Below, piece by piece: positions 11,600 through 24,170 of a stretch of 64,000 nucleotides of DNA; position 1 is the stretch's first letter, and each line of letters opens with the position of its first letter. Position numbers and translations under genes: made by a program. Location: positions 127,660,001 through 127,724,000 of the forward strand of contig NW_024704742.1 in assembly GCF_018977255.1 (NCBI RefSeq), written 5' to 3'. The notes under the pieces are model-generated. The model was given only the letters and a program-made list of their open reading frames with translations. It searched no databases and was not told the origin of the DNA. This DNA is from Callorhinchus milii. Its lineage: Eukaryota.

Positions 11600-12420
11600 T
11601 GGTGTTTTTGTTTGCTTTCCGTCAAGTAACTCGTCCACTGGTTGAGGGCATTAGGTTCAGCCAGAGAGTTTCACTTGATTCAGAGGACAAGAACCTTGGC
11701 TTATGCTGATAGTCGCATATCGGGGCACTTTGAGCACCTGACACTGCTGCCAAGGACCACTCAGTGCATTCAAGTACAGCAACACTATAGATGCAAAGCC
11801 AGTGCTCTGTATCCCAAGAGGCAGACTGCTTCCTCGATGCCTAAGACCTGTCCTCTGGGGCCACGTGCCTGACATTTTTGGAGTCTGTCTGTTCATTGGT
11901 GGCAATGATCTGCCTGTGAACAGAAGATTGTAGGATGAATGAACCAATTGTTAAAAATAGCAATCTTTCCATTTCTTGTTAGAATGGAATCCCTCACTAA
12001 CAAACAACAAAAAGGTGGCTGTTATTAGCAATCGTCTCATGATACACCCCTGTGTATCTATTATATCCCTGAAACATTTATTTGCGGTTGACTGAAACCT
12101 ATTTCCAAGCTGTTCCAAACCAGCAGTGATGGCTCCTTGGAGACTGGAACCCATTTGACAGATAGCAGCTGTGAGAATGTCTGTTTGAGAAGACCCCAAG
12201 CTGCTAAGGCTCTTGGCGACAGCATGTTTCACTCCAGACAACCTCTCATCTAACACAGCATGGATGGGCTGAAGTGTCTCATCCAACATATTGTGCATTG
12301 ATACCACAACATTTCAAGTTTCCCACTAACATATGAAGGCCGGCCCACAGCTTTCCATCCATTCTCTGTGGAAAGGCGACATGTGGTACCACAATCTCTC
12401 GTTGGTCACTCAGCTTCTCC
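11600..12420 (-). pseudogene. degenerate coding-like segment, possibly a transposon accessory (Harbinger Myb/SANT-type) C-terminal region
   Basis: ORF 11951-12307 reads as an amphipathic helix; no diagnostic motif recognised. Confidence 0.25.
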
Positions 12421-13911
12421 CAGGATATCTGGAACATTAATGGGTTTTGTCAAGCAGCAGGTTGGCTTAACACCAATTTGAAGTCAAAAGGTTATTTTTT
12501 TTTACCAAGAAGGGGAAAAATGATTAATATTGATCTGGGAATAAAGCTTTCAAGTTTCTTAAACACATTGTTTGTTTTAATTTGCACAAGGAATGCTTTG
12601 AGGAATACCTACAAATTCCTTAATAAATGCCACTTACTATTACTCGCTCTCAAATTCCAAATCCACTGCACCCACTTCTCCAGATCAACTGACCACTGAA
12701 CAAAACGGGAAACTGACATTAAATAATCAGTTTCCTGGTGTGGAGTAGAAAAGTGGGCATAACTTCAAGTTAGGCCTTTATATTCAGGGAAATCTTTACA
12801 CAGTGACATGTGCTAAAAAAATGTTTTCAAGTAGAATATTGTGGAACAATGAATTTATTCAGAAGACATTGGCACCATATAGAATATGATTTACATTTAT
12901 TAGTGCCTTTAACATCCAGTGGACATTTCAAAGCTGAGGGGGTGGAAACTGAGGGTGTGCGTCTAGGGTGGGGGGTGGCGGGGGTGGGGGGGTAGGGAGG
13001 GGATATGATCAAAGCGGGGCCAAAGAGTCAGCCATGGAAAGTGGGCAGTGAAGGGCTGAGTGGGAGGTTCTCTGGGAAAAAATGGTTGAAAGCTTGATAA
13101 TAGAACAATAGAACATGTATTTAATGCTATTTATTTAAAAGAACAAATCAAAGGTCTTAACAATGAGAGTGTGTAAGAAATGGGAGTAACTTGAAGGTGA
13201 TCAAAAGTACTGTCGAGAAGATAGTGCTTCAGGACGTTCTTGAAAACAGGAGAGAAGTACCAAAGTAAAATTATTTATAACGAGAGCTCTATAGGATTGA
13301 AGTTGATGGCTTGGCCTTTATAGGTAAAGTGGAAGATGTGTGGCATAAAGAAGCCTTTAAATGATATGCAAGGTGTAACCGCACTTTATATTAGTTTTAT
13401 CTATCAAAGAACTAATAGCAAAATGTTGAAAATCTCGATATCAAATATCGAACCAGACAAAAGGGTGAAATATTTCAAAACGGCACGGTAAAATGGTAAA
13501 AAGGTAAAATTGACATCCTTGCCGTAAGCTCCCTGATTGAAGGTTTTACCAATCCGCACACTGTGCTTTTCTGTACCATAGATTCTTCACCACCACCTGC
13601 AATGTTGTGTCTTTGATTTTTCACTCTCACTCTGAAACTGTTTAGCATTTTAACTGTGGCCTTTATTCTTGTACAGACTGTCCCGAATACATGGAGAAGT
13701 TCTGTCAAAGGATCTACCGGATGTACAGCTATGTCACACTTAATTAAACCTCCCGAAAGTGATTGACTGGTCTGTCTGAACAATGGCTTCCCAAACGGAA
13801 TTCAATGAACAAGGTTTCCAGCTGTTCCACCTTAGCTGCAAATTTGTCAGTCGCTCGCCTGAAGGCTAATGGTGTGTTATCTTTGGCGAAAACTTGCTGT
13901 GTATCCTAAAT

Positions 13912-14265
13912 GTCAGCTTGGGTCAGTTCGTAGCATTCATGTCTCAAGGTCAGAAGGTTGTGGGTTCAAGCCCCACATCAGGATTTTGAGATCATAGTCC
14001 AGCATGATACTTCAGTACAGTGGTACTGGGAAAGTGCTGCAGTGTTGGAAGTGCTGTCCTGCGGATAAGACCTATCTGCCAATTGAGGTGGACATTAAAG
14101 ATCAAAAGCCACTCTTTGAAAAGAGACGGGAGGTTCTACTGGTGTTTTGACCAGTAATTCTCCAGAAGTGTTGGTCATTCACTTCATGGCAGTTTATGGT
14201 GACCTAGTTGTGTACAAAATTGCTGCCATACAAAGTTCCAACATTTTACAGAAACTTTGTGAAGT
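13912..14265 (+). mobile_element. DeuSINE
   Basis: tRNA-like head with B box gggttcaagccc, followed by a Deu-like core. Confidence 0.75.
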
Positions 14266-15337
14266 TAGTTTTAGTGCTGTATTAACTTGATTTGGGAAGG
14301 ACATCAATAGGTGATACAGTTAGTGAGTTGGACCAGAGTAAAAGTACATTTAAGTATTTAAAGGAATCTAAAGAACGCAAGTCAAGTGAAGAAGTATGTA
14401 GGACCATTACTGGACTAGATCCAGCTAATGTGCAGAGGATAGGGCAAAATCATCATCAACTTTTCACATTCTCACATGATATCCAAAGTAATTTCTAGCC
14501 ACATTGAATGCTTTATCATAGCTTTGACAGTGGTAATGTTTGTGACTATGCTAACTTCTTACATAAGAATAAGAGCATTTGAGAATCATGACTTTGTGAG
14601 GGAAAAGATTTCTGGAAGCATTCAACTCGATGCCCTTTGATAATAATTTATCTAACAATAAAAGTGACCGCTCTGTATGGGGCCCATCAAGAAAATGGAT
14701 CTGCAGCAGACAAATTAAGAGATATAAACAGCGAGAGCCACTTCTACATAGAGTTACACAGAGTGATACATCTAGCACTGCCAAATTTCAATATGATCAA
14801 GTATGAAAAAATTGCTATAAGCACTTTCAAAGATTAAAACAGAAATGACCAACTTTGGAAATTCTCTGTAACCTTGCAGCTCTGGGCTATATTTTCCCAT
14901 GAATTCACCCACAAAACATATAGTCAATTCACTTTATAGTATATTCTGGAAAGCGCTTTGAGACGTCTTGAAGACGTGAAAAGGCGCTAAATCAAATGCA
15001 AGGATTATTATTATTATTACCCCAGCAATAGTAATTGTCAGAAACTTTCTGCATTATTTCCATCTAGCAACTGAATTTTTCTTGATAATACCAGTTTTGT
15101 TAGGGAAGCACAGAAGGGCCCAGCTGGCTGGTACTCAGAGCTGTTTGTGTGTTAGCTCAGGGCCATTTGTCAATCCATTAGTGAACCAACTCCTGAATGA
15201 GTGACACTATGATTTTTGCTGGAAAACTGTCTGCATGTGAAACAAAAGATGCATCCAATTATACGTTAGCGATTGACCTGAATTGGTTTCAACTCTGAAT
15301 TGGATACTTTCTGAATGAACTAATCCTTTAATGACGA

Positions 15338-15448
15338 GGTAGAAATTCCACTTGGTCTAGATTTTCTCTATTTCTTAGCATTTCAGAGCACATAGTACTC
15401 GACAAATTCTAAAATACTGTACAGTCTAAATTTTGAAGTTGGGTTTCA
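15338..15448. mobile_element. half of a palindromic MITE-like element
   Basis: ggtagaaattccacttggtctagatt...tttcttagcatttcagag matches the left arm of 36278-36512. Confidence 0.55.
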
Positions 15449-15904
15449 TATAACGTTAGGAATGTACTCAAAGAGCAAGGCTTATAATGATTTACTTTAC
15501 TGAAGAGGAACAGGATGAAACCCTTTTGAAAATGTTGCATTGTCGTTCTACTTAACGTATTCTCTACTTCGTCATATAAATACAATAATGCGTTTTTAAA
15601 AGCTTGGCAATTAATGAATAATTTATTTTATCAATTGAGGATTGCTAAGCGTGGTCATCTACGAAGGATCTTGGCAGGAGGGCTGGATACTGAGAGATAA
15701 AGATTGTCTTCATTCCTACTTTAATAGTACGGAGCATGAGCAAATGGAGGAAAATCATTGTGGCTTTTAAGGACAAGCATAAACACTGTTAGATCTGTGT
15801 GTAATGTGAAAGATCTGCAGTGGCAGCTTGAGCACTCCTGAAATAACTTCACAAAATATTCCATTTATTCCAGTGAATTATTAAATATATTAAATTTGAA
15901 ATGT

Positions 15905-16268
15905 TGCCAACCTTTGGATGAGACGTTAAACTGAGGTCCCATCTGCCTGTTTAGGTGGATGTTAAAGTTCCATGGCAATACTCAAAAGAGAAGGGAGTTT
16001 CTGGTGTCCTGGTCAATAATCTCTGAAATAAAATTAGTCATTTTTTTCATGGCCGTTTATGGAACATTGTGTGCAATTGGGCTGCCGTGTTCGCCTTCAA
16101 ATGCACAGTCACTCCACTTTACAATAAATGACTTGTGCCTAGCCAGCAGGGTGAAGCACAAAGGTGCTATATATATGTAAATTGTATTGTATTGTAAATC
16201 CTGTGAAGTGCTTTGGGACATCCTAACCGAAGTAAGGGTGTTATTCCAAATGCGAGTATTATTATTTT
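15905..16268 (+). mobile_element. DeuSINE (Deu domain + tail)
   Basis: ggatgagacgttaaactgaggtcccatctgcctg...ggtggatgttaaag core. Confidence 0.8.
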
Positions 16269-17599
16269 TAGAACCAAAGAAATTTACAGCGCAGAATCCC
16301 TTGATTTTAAATAGATTTTTTTATATGCCTGGCCTGAACTGATTATGAATGGCCTCTTTTTGGAATTTCAAATGGATGTCTTGCATTTGATGCCTGTTCC
16401 GCGTCCTCATAATTGCCTGTGAATACTGAGCATTGCTCAGGCTTTAGGGGATCAGTAGGGGGTGGAGGGTTACACGACATTACAATGATAGTACACAAAT
16501 GTATTTTATCAATAATGCAGCAGAAAACCTTCAACGTCATTCATAGTTAAGCAAGCCTTGCTTGCTAAAGAACTCCTTCCTCCATTGAGGCATTGAATGC
16601 CTTGAAAAGCTTTTGAGGAAAACTGTATTGTGAAATTCACATATCTAATGGTGAACAGAACCAATCTGATCAAATATCTTGAGAAAAATCTTTGCCTCCA
16701 TTTAAAAAGATGATTGAGATTATGGTTTGAACTGTCTTAATATAAAAAAAGACATCAGCTGCTATTCATCAACAACTGACTATCACTTCCAGCAAGGGTT
16801 TGACTGCTGATGAATTCCGTCAAAATACTTAAGCTGGTTTCAATTAGAAAAGTCTGCATATTTTCGAAATGCAGTCTATATTCTGTTTTGAATGAAGATC
16901 GCTGCAAAGATTGAATGTAAGTAGTCTGCCGCACAAGCACATACAGTAGAAAGTTTATGTTTTAAAAAACCTGACTATTATGGATAAAAGGGTCAAAATT
17001 ATGTACACGTATCTATTGCTATTGATGTAATTTAAGACGTTTGCCATTATTTGGGGATTTAAGAAAAATAAATGCATTGATTTTACAAGGAAAATTTTTG
17101 TGAGATGTTAAGTGCTTTTTGAGCGAATATACTACCTATGTCCAGCCTAATGAAAGATCCTGACATATCCATATATTTGGGCAGATTCCTTTTAAGTCAG
17201 AAATTACACAACTTTATCAATAACATCCAACCCATGTATATGCCTATTTGGAACTGCATAGACTATATGTGTTGTTGGTCGTGAACTGGACTCCACAAAA
17301 CTTTGGAAAAATATTTCCAGGGATGTATGAATGTGCAAAAGAAAAAAAGAATAAAGTTAAAAACAAATAACAACAACAAATAACACTTGTGCATCTACAC
17401 TTCGGGAGAATAATCCAAAGTGCTGAAGTCAACAGATAGGTGTCAAAATAATTATAATGAAGTCAAATAATTAAGTATTTACATCCCAAATTATGTGTGC
17501 GTCATCAATGAGCGATGCTGTGTGTTTCCTTTTCTCAGCTCCCTTTTTCCTGTGTCCTCACTAATCTGACTCAGTGCATCTGATGTCAATCAGCTACAA

Positions 17600-17952
17600 G
17601 AGTCCTGTAACTCAGTGATTAGAGCACTCACCTTGCAAGTGAGAGGCCTGAGTTTGATTCCCGGCAGGGCAAAATGTTGGGCAAGTTTCCTTAATCCACA
17701 CGCCTGTTTAACAAGCAGTAAGTAGGAACCTGGCTGTTTGTTAATTGGCGGATCACTTTTCTGGGGGTAATAATCCTCAAAAAAAAATTGATCACTCAAT
17801 CCACAACTGTTTGTGGGACACTGTTGTGCGCAATTGGTTGCCGTGTTTCGCCCACAAAATATACAGTCAATTTACGTTCCAGTATATTCTGTGAAGCGCT
17901 TTGAGACGTCTCGAAGACGTGATAAGGCGCTGTATGAAAAGCAAGAATTATT
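17600..17952 (+). mobile_element. tRNA-derived SINE, full length (long form)
   Basis: Pol III A/B-box head, central gggcaagtttcc...cagtaagtaggaacc, and L2-like tail. Confidence 0.92.
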
Positions 17953-18094
17953 GATATAACGTGATAGGCAAAGAAATGATGTGTGTCCCCAGGATAGAGG
18001 AGCAAACAGAGGTCCATGGCTTCACTCCTTCACACCTTCACTCACCCTAGGAAGATCTTTCTGCTGGACTGCGAGACATCTCCTTTGAAGTTGT

Positions 18095-18452
18095 CTTGTG
18101 TACCCTCCGTTCCTCTGGCTCCGGTCTGCTCCACATCCCCCGCCCCAACCGCCCTACCATCGGTGGCCGGGCCTTCAGCCTCTCAGCCCGAGGCTCTGGA
18201 ACTCCATCCCCCAGTGCCTTTGCCTTGCCTCCTCCCTTTCCTCCTTCAAGGCCGGTCTCAAGACCTTTCTCTTTGACCGTGCCTTCAGCTCCCCTCTCGA
18301 CTCTCTACCCCCTCCTCACTCCCTCCCTTCCCTCCCCTCACCCTGACCATTTCCCCCCTGCTCGGGTCCTGACCCAACTGTACATCGCCTTGGGACGTCC
18401 TCCCGACGTGAAAGGCGCTCAATAAATGGAATCTTGTTGTTGTTGTTGTTGC
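18095..18452 (+). mobile_element. L2 LINE 3' end (young)
   Basis: [42 protein letters not shown]; (TTG)n tail. Confidence 0.92.
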
Positions 18453-18704
18453 TGTGCAGCTAACTTCCTGTCCCCTTTCCTCTTCACTCCCCTGGTGCTC
18501 CACCACATGCTGTCCCACATTTCCTCCCTGAGGTGCCTTCATCTACATAATGCAGTGTTTGACAGCGCCTTGGGACTTCATCTCGACATGAAAGGCGCTA
18601 TACAAATGTAATCTTGTTGTTGTTGTTGTTATGCATGGTTGGGGACTTGCCCTGGGTGGAGAATGTCAACATTATCCTTCTTTTTGGCCACTATAATAAT
18701 AAAC

Positions 18705-18852
18705 GACTGTTTGTGGGACACTGTTGTGCGCAACTGGCTGCCACGTTTCTCCCCCAAGATATACAGTCACTCCACTTTACAGTATATCCTGTGAATAGCT
18801 TTGAGATGTCTCATGATGTGATAAGGTGCTATATCAAATGCTTGTATTATTA
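18705..18852 (+). mobile_element. tRNA-derived SINE, 3' half
   Basis: ctgtttgtgggacactg...gtgataaggtgctatatcaaatgc. Confidence 0.8.
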
Positions 18853-19159
18853 TATACATATCTATATTAGGAACAGAATAGACTTGGTATGTTGTTGGTG
18901 AATACACCACAGAACTTTGGAAAAATATATTTGTGCAGGACACAGAAAAGACCACCCCCCCCCTCCCCAAATAGAATAGAACTTGCAACCAGAGCTGCAC
19001 CACTTTTCCAAACTCTTCCACAGCGAATGTCCCAACTCATGAACCCTGCCGACTCTCCCATCCTGCCAAGTTGAAGCAATACCGACTTAACACTAATGTG
19101 TTATGCATCACTGTGCAATGCCAACTCGGCAAGTACAGCCCTGCCCACATATTTAATGA

Positions 19160-19830
19160 CCCACTCTGCCTTCCCTCATCTCCATAACATCGCCCGACTC
19201 CGCCATTACCTCACCCCTCAGGCTGCTGAAACTCTTGTTCATCCCTTCATCACCTCCAGGCTTGCAAATGCCATGCTTGTCGGCCTTCCCAACTCCTCCA
19301 TCCACAGGCTGCAGATAATCCAGAACTCTACAGCCCATGTCCTCTCCCACACCAAACTCCGTGACTCCATCTCCCCCACTCTTGCCCAACTCCATTGGCT
19401 CCCTATCCTTCAGAGGATCCAGTTCAAGATCCTGGTCCTCACCTACAAAGCCCTCCATGGCCTCGCCCCACCCTATCTCTGCGACCTCCTAACCCCCTAA
19501 CAACCTGCCTGCTCCCTCCGCTCAGCCAGGTCCGGCCTGCTCCATGCCCCTGACCCACCCGCCCCACCATTGGCGGGAGAACCTTCACCCCTCTGCTCCC
19601 AACCTCTGGAATTCCATCCCCCAATCACTCCGCCTCATCCCCCTCCTTAACCTCCTTCAAGTTCCTCCTCAAAACCCTCCTCTTCGACCATGACATCGGT
19701 CACCCCCCTTCCCCTCTCCTCCCCTCCCTGACCTCAGCTCGGGTCTGAAATGCTGTACACTGTCGATCGCCTTGGGACGTCCTCCCGACATGAAAGGCGC
19801 TATACAAATGTAATCTTGTTATTGTTGTTA
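19160..19830 (+). mobile_element. L2 LINE, 5'-truncated (ORF2 C-terminus + 3' UTR)
   Basis: ORF 19096-19500: HNIARLR..AETLVH.FITSRL..LQIIQNS..LHWLPI.QRIQFKILVLTYKALHGLAPPYL; (TTG)n tail. Confidence 0.95.
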
Positions 19831-20019
19831 ATGCAGGTGTGCGAAATCTATAATGTATGAGGTGCTGTGTGAACATAATGTAAAGTGCCTGGTGGGAATG
19901 TTATACAAGTCTGGGGCCTTGTCCTGGTATCTTATTCTTGCTTTTCCTCCTATTCCTTCATCTTTTTCTCCTATAGAGGAAAGTTAGCGGTGGGGGCTGA
20001 AAAAAAGAATTGAGAATCC

Positions 20020-20320
20020 CATGTGCAAGCTTCATTAACAAAGCTGACGTTCCCTATTGAACTTGATTATACAGATAAGTCACAGCATGTATTCCATGAG
20101 GGAAACGTAAATGAGCGTCAGTGATAAAGTTCCTGGTGCCATGTTGCTCTAAACAACCTCAAACTCGTCCTCTCCCTCTGGGACAGGGATTAAAGGAGCA
20201 GTCATCTCCTTATCTCCTCCACAACCCTCTGCTATTGGTGATCACCTGAGAGTGATCACTCGCACTAAATGGATTACTAGACAGGAGGCCTGATTACCTG
20301 ATATTCTCTTGTTGTCCTGG
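20020..20320. promoter_or_regulatory. candidate enhancer
   Basis: Repeat-free; WGATAA at 20073, 20122 and 20210 (rc); GGATTA at 20187 and 20271. Confidence 0.25.
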
Positions 20321-20429
20321 TTCTAGATGAAGATTGTATATCACGCACTCTGATTGAAAAATGCCTGACAGGCTCTTTGCTTACATCTTTGTCCTGCGAC
20401 AGGGTGTTTTTTACTCCATTTTATATTCC

Positions 20430-20690
20430 TTATAATAATAATAATATCATAATAATAATAATGCTTACATTCAATATAGCACCTTATCACATTGTCAAGA
20501 TTATTATTATCATTATCAAAAAAAAATTTAGTCACTGAATCCACGACTGTTTGTGGGACACTGCTGTGCACAATTGGCTTCCACATTTCGCCCACAAAAT
20601 ATACGGTCACTTCACTTTACGGTATATTCTGTGAAGCGTTTTGAGATGTATAAATGTGAAAAGCGCTGCATCAAAATGCAAGAATTATAA
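20430..20690 (-). mobile_element. tRNA-derived SINE fragments (both orientations)
   Basis: A minus-strand tail at 20430-20500 abuts a plus-strand 3' half at 20525-20690. Confidence 0.7.
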
Positions 20691-21130
20691 GATGTCTCAA
20701 AGTGCTTCACAGGATGTACTATGAAGTGTAGTGTCTGGTTTATTTTGTAGGTGCACAGAACAGCCAATTTGAGCAGAGCAATATTCCCACAATTAACAAC
20801 AACAACTTGCAATTATATAGCACTCTTCACTCTGGACGGCCATGAAGTGAGCGACCAATTTCTATCTGTGAGATTGTTGGCTAGGACATCAGGAGAGACT
20901 GTCTTCTCTTTTTAAATAGTGGGCTATTGGCCATGGGATCTTTAACGTCTCTTCACCAGTCAGATGCAGCCGGGTGTAATGTCTCATCTGAAGGATAGCT
21001 TCTTTCACAATACAATGCTTCTTTGGGGACTGCTATTGTCAGCCTGGGCTGTGAGTTCAATATCCTGATGTGGGGCCTGAACCCACAACCTTCTGACACA
21101 GAAGTGAAAGTGACTGAGCTTGGCTGGCAC
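20690..21130 (-). mobile_element. DeuSINE with small nested L2 tail
   Basis: gccatgggatctttaacgtc, gtctcatctgaagg, and tRNA head tgaacccacaaccttctgac. Confidence 0.75.
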
Positions 21131-22924
21131 CTGGCATACATTTTGGGTATATAGCTTCTTGTGATGGTACATGCAGTGAGATCTAGCCTGTGTGGACCTG
21201 GATCTGGGGTATTTTGAGGCTGGCTGTGATCTTTATGACTCCATCAATACTACTGTATCCAGAATAGTTGAACTTTGGGCTACATCCAGTTAGGTAAAGT
21301 AATGTGCTCCAATCACAAATTCTTCATCAGTACATTAAAGTCATGCACCGTGATAGAACTATTCTCAAATTACTTCCAAGATATCATGAAATGGATGTTT
21401 CTTCACCGATTCCATAATAGCACTCTTAACACTTAACTCCACAATAAGAATCTCTTCTGGAGACATTTATACAAATGCCACAACTGCAGGGATAGTAGAC
21501 ATTTAACATCAAGAGGTGGGACTTTCACACAGCACGTCCAACTCCCTTTGTACAATTATAGAAAAAATGGTGGATAAAAAAAATCTGCTTGCACCCTAAA
21601 AAAGTAGATAAACAATTCGCTGGACAACAGTTTTAACAACTGAGTTTACATATTCTACGGTGCTAAAATAATTGGAGAGATACCACAAAAATGAAAAGCA
21701 CCCTGGCATAAGATGTCTTCTTTACTGTTTAACCTCTTTATCGTCTTACCTAAGGTCTACAAACAAGCTGATTTGTGACAAGCCGTTTGCAATCTATAAG
21801 AAGTTACAATATATTTCTAATAGCTATTGAAAAATAACCATTCAGAGAGAGACCTAGAGCAAAATATAAACCATTTTTATAATCTGGGATACGTCTTGAT
21901 ATATTTCCATTTCACAGGTTTTGAACTGAAAGAAATTCATTTACAAATGCACTTTTATAGTTTTGACACTTAAGTAAATCAGTCAAAAATGCTGGGCGAC
22001 ACTCCTTTGTCACTGTCAAGTCCGTACCTGTGAAAAGATTTCATTTCAGGGATATTCTTGCCATTTATGAGTGTTATGAATGTAAACCTTCATTATGTGC
22101 TGTAAATGTAGCACAGTTTCTGAATTAATCTTGCTGCCTTTGGCCTCTCCTGTGCTTTTCTTGGCTCTCATATAAAAACATCAAGTTTGACTTTTACATT
22201 TGAACTTTTGAAATGGTGAATTCTGTGTTTTCAGTGCGGTTTGTTTGTTAGGAAATTCCTGAACAGTGGCACCAACATAAACAGGAATCTCTGGTCATGT
22301 AAAGCAACAGAGAATGATTCTAGTTTTTGTTAGTGATAAATGTTTCCAAGTTTTAGTGCTTACAAAGTATCTCACAATCTCAATCCCGGGAGTGCTTGTA
22401 GCTCTATGGAGACTCCTGTCTCCGTGGGCAGAAAGTTCTTTGCAGTTTTAGTTTTAGATTTGAAATAAAAATGAAACAATGTGAAATCTTTGACGGTGAT
22501 GGTCAGTCACATCTATTTCCTTCTATTTTCTTTTCTTCATGAATCTATTCTCACCTGACACCATCTCCCACGTACAGAGGGATATGGAAACTTATTTGTT
22601 TGCTATGGTGATTTCTGTCACATGGGCCATGGACGGAGCAAATGAACAATGCACTCTCCTCTGTTTGGTTCTCATATCCAAGAAGCATTTAGTGCTGGCC
22701 TGAATTCTATTGGTGATGTTATAATTTTCACAGAAAGCTTCAGAAAGCTCATAAACGTTCACAGGTCCACACGCACCCAAATATGGTCTCCACTGGTGGT
22801 AGGTTTGGAGCAACTCAGATGGGCCCAGGTTTCATTTAACTCTGAAAATGTGATATTGGGATCGAATTTGCATGAATGAACCCATGGGTAATGATAGGGA
22901 ATTACAGGTGCCTTCAGTCTAGAG

Positions 22925-23196
22925 CAGGGGTCTCCTGCTGGAGTCAACCGTTTGATCGCCACTAGGTGGCGTCTTGCACATACTTAATAAAACAAGAGGC
23001 AAGGGCGATATTTGCCGTAATTTAAAAATTAAATTTTATACTTTTATTTCCAGTTGCATGAATTACTTTGTGCCTCTGGCCTCATTTTCAATTTGACTCA
23101 ATAACGACACAGTTCTATTGTAATCCTTCCTCTTGTCTTTATGATCATACGCTAGAGCGCCACCTACCTGTGAGATCGACAGGTTGGACACCCCTG
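22925..23196. mobile_element. hAT (Charlie-like) MITE
   Basis: Ends CAGGGGTCTCC / GGACACCCCTG; 8-bp flanks gtctagag / gacgagag (6/8 match); internal inverted arms. Confidence 0.8.
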
Positions 23197-23495
23197 GACG
23201 AGAGGGTGTTTCAGCTGAACCAGGAGTCAGTAATTAGAGGGCATCAATTTAAGATAGCTAGAAAATGAGCAAATAGGTTAGGAGAATTATTTTCACATGC
23301 ACAATTGTTCGGGGGAAGGAAATGCCCTGCCAGGGGCAGTGGTTGAGGCAGAATCTATCTTAGCTTTCATAAGGGAACTAAATAGGTATTTATAAAGGAG
23401 TAAACTACAGGGCTATGGGAAAAGAGACTAACAGAGCCAGCAGAGACATGATGGGCTGAATGGCCTTCTATTGTGCTGTGAATTTTGATGGCTCT
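23197..23495 (+). mobile_element. CR1 LINE 3' end
   Basis: RGHQFK..RRNYF-like codons; 3' UTR gatgggctgaatggccttct. Confidence 0.7.
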
Positions 23496-23881
23496 ATTGT
23501 TTAATGAGGTAAATTAACAATCAAATTATCAATTCCAGGTGATTCTCGAGGAGCATTGTTCCTGCGACAAGTGCAACACAAAGGACTGAGAATATTAGAT
23601 TCAGTCATACATACAGGTAGGGGTTATCTGCAGATTTTTAGTTAGAAGGTGAATGTGTTTTATTCTCTGTTGATCAATAAATGTTCAAACTCGGGTGTGT
23701 GAACTTCTATTGGGATTTTTTGCTTTCACAGATTTTAAATGTCATTTTTCAGTGTCCCAGGATGTGATCTGGTAGATCCTTTGCAAATAACAATACATCT
23801 GAACAAAGGTGAGTGAAAAATACAGATACTCATCCCCAGAGCCAGGTAAAACTCAGACTGGTAAACAAGTCAGTGCTGTGC

Positions 23882-24170
23882 TTTTTTTTATGGTCAGCTA
23901 GGTGTCTGACAAATGCAGGAATCCATCACCGTGTTTAAAACTATCCAAACCAGAATGGGAGGACAACACATGTAAAGCACATACACATAGAAATTTCCAT
24001 GCATCTGGAATGGAAGGCATACTCTCTCACTGAAGGGTGACATCTTGCTTATCGAATTCCAAAGAGTATAAGTTGCAGGGTGGAGAGACAGAGCCAAGGT
24101 TTCAGACCCCAGAGTACGCATTGGGGTACTACTGGAGTCTAACCAGCTAAACCTGCTTAGCTTGCCATTG
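23882..24170 (-). mobile_element. unclassified poly(A)-tailed repeat (copy 2)
   Basis: Aligns with 7543-7790, including ggagtctaaccagctaaa. Confidence 0.75.

Noticed and set aside
12966..13002. G-quadruplex-like tract
   Set aside because: It lies in the low-complexity 3' UTR of an old minus-strand L2-like remnant.
19096..19500. 134-aa ORF as a host gene
   Set aside because: It is the L2 ORF2 C-terminus.
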